The notes below the pieces were generated by a model. The model had not been told where the DNA came from. It ran no database searches and was given only the letters and a program-made list of their open reading frames with translations. A program made the position numbers and the translations under genes. Below are positions 63,715-64,000 of a stretch of DNA of 64,000 bases, piece by piece. Where the stretch lies: assembly GCA_004022145.1 (NCBI GenBank), contig RCNU01000007.1; one strand, written 5' to 3'. Source of the stretch: Paecilomyces variotii. Its lineage: Eukaryota. Each line of letters starts with the position of its first letter. Position 1 is the first letter of the stretch.

Positions 63715-64000
63715 TCAGAATCCGTTCGTGTTCACATCTCTCTCGTCGAAAGGATCTCCAAACTCCCCTACAGTAAACAAAAACCGCATTAGCAAATCCC
63801 AAGACTTCACAACCAACAGCATGACTTGGCTAACATACTCAGACTGAAATCCCTATCCACCACATTCTCCAACGCCCGTTGATACTCCTCTTCCGCACGT
63901 TTATTCATCCATGACGCCCCGGGCTTCTCTGTCGTCTTCGAATCGCCCTTCCTATCCACTGCCTCGGACCCCGTTGTAAATGTCATGCCGCCTGGTCGTG
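63715..64000 (-). CDS. 3' end of a hypothetical gene (continues beyond the window)
   Basis: The minus frame ...KPGASWMNKRAEEEYQRALENVVDRDFSL is followed by a GTATGT...CTAAT...TAG intron and a last exon REFGDPFDERDVNTNGF*. Confidence 0.75.

Overview
Gene-dense DNA from a filamentous ascomycete. The intron signals (GTRAGT...CTRAC...YAG), gene set and RIP-like decay suggest Eurotiales (inference). The backbone is conserved housekeeping genes: class II G-alpha ganA, Cox24/mS38-like, vma3, an F-box/LRR gene, tfb1, a Dsc2-like rhomboid pseudoprotease, glyoxylate reductase, a CFEM protein and the divergent cutA-gldB pair. There is also a divergent NCS1 permease / PhyH-type dioxygenase pair. The backbone is interrupted twice, each time right next to a tRNA gene, by an accessory block. 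Island 1 (about 21.1-27.9 kb, upstream of tRNA-Arg(ACG)) holds three co-oriented kinase-like genes. One SRPK-like gene is split by a clean ~176-bp internal inversion; re-inverting it in silico restores the reading frame and an intron. One kinase-like gene is intact, and a second SRPK-like gene carries a single CAA->TAA stop. Island 2 (about 45.6-50.4 kb, downstream of tRNA-Pro(AGG)) holds an intact OTT_1508-like Zn-dependent deaminase among RIP-like decayed remnants (SNF2 motif I, an unknown ORF, a possible JmjC fragment). No transposase, reverse transcriptase or Starship captain recombinase is visible. All family assignments come from motif recognition by eye; no database search was run.
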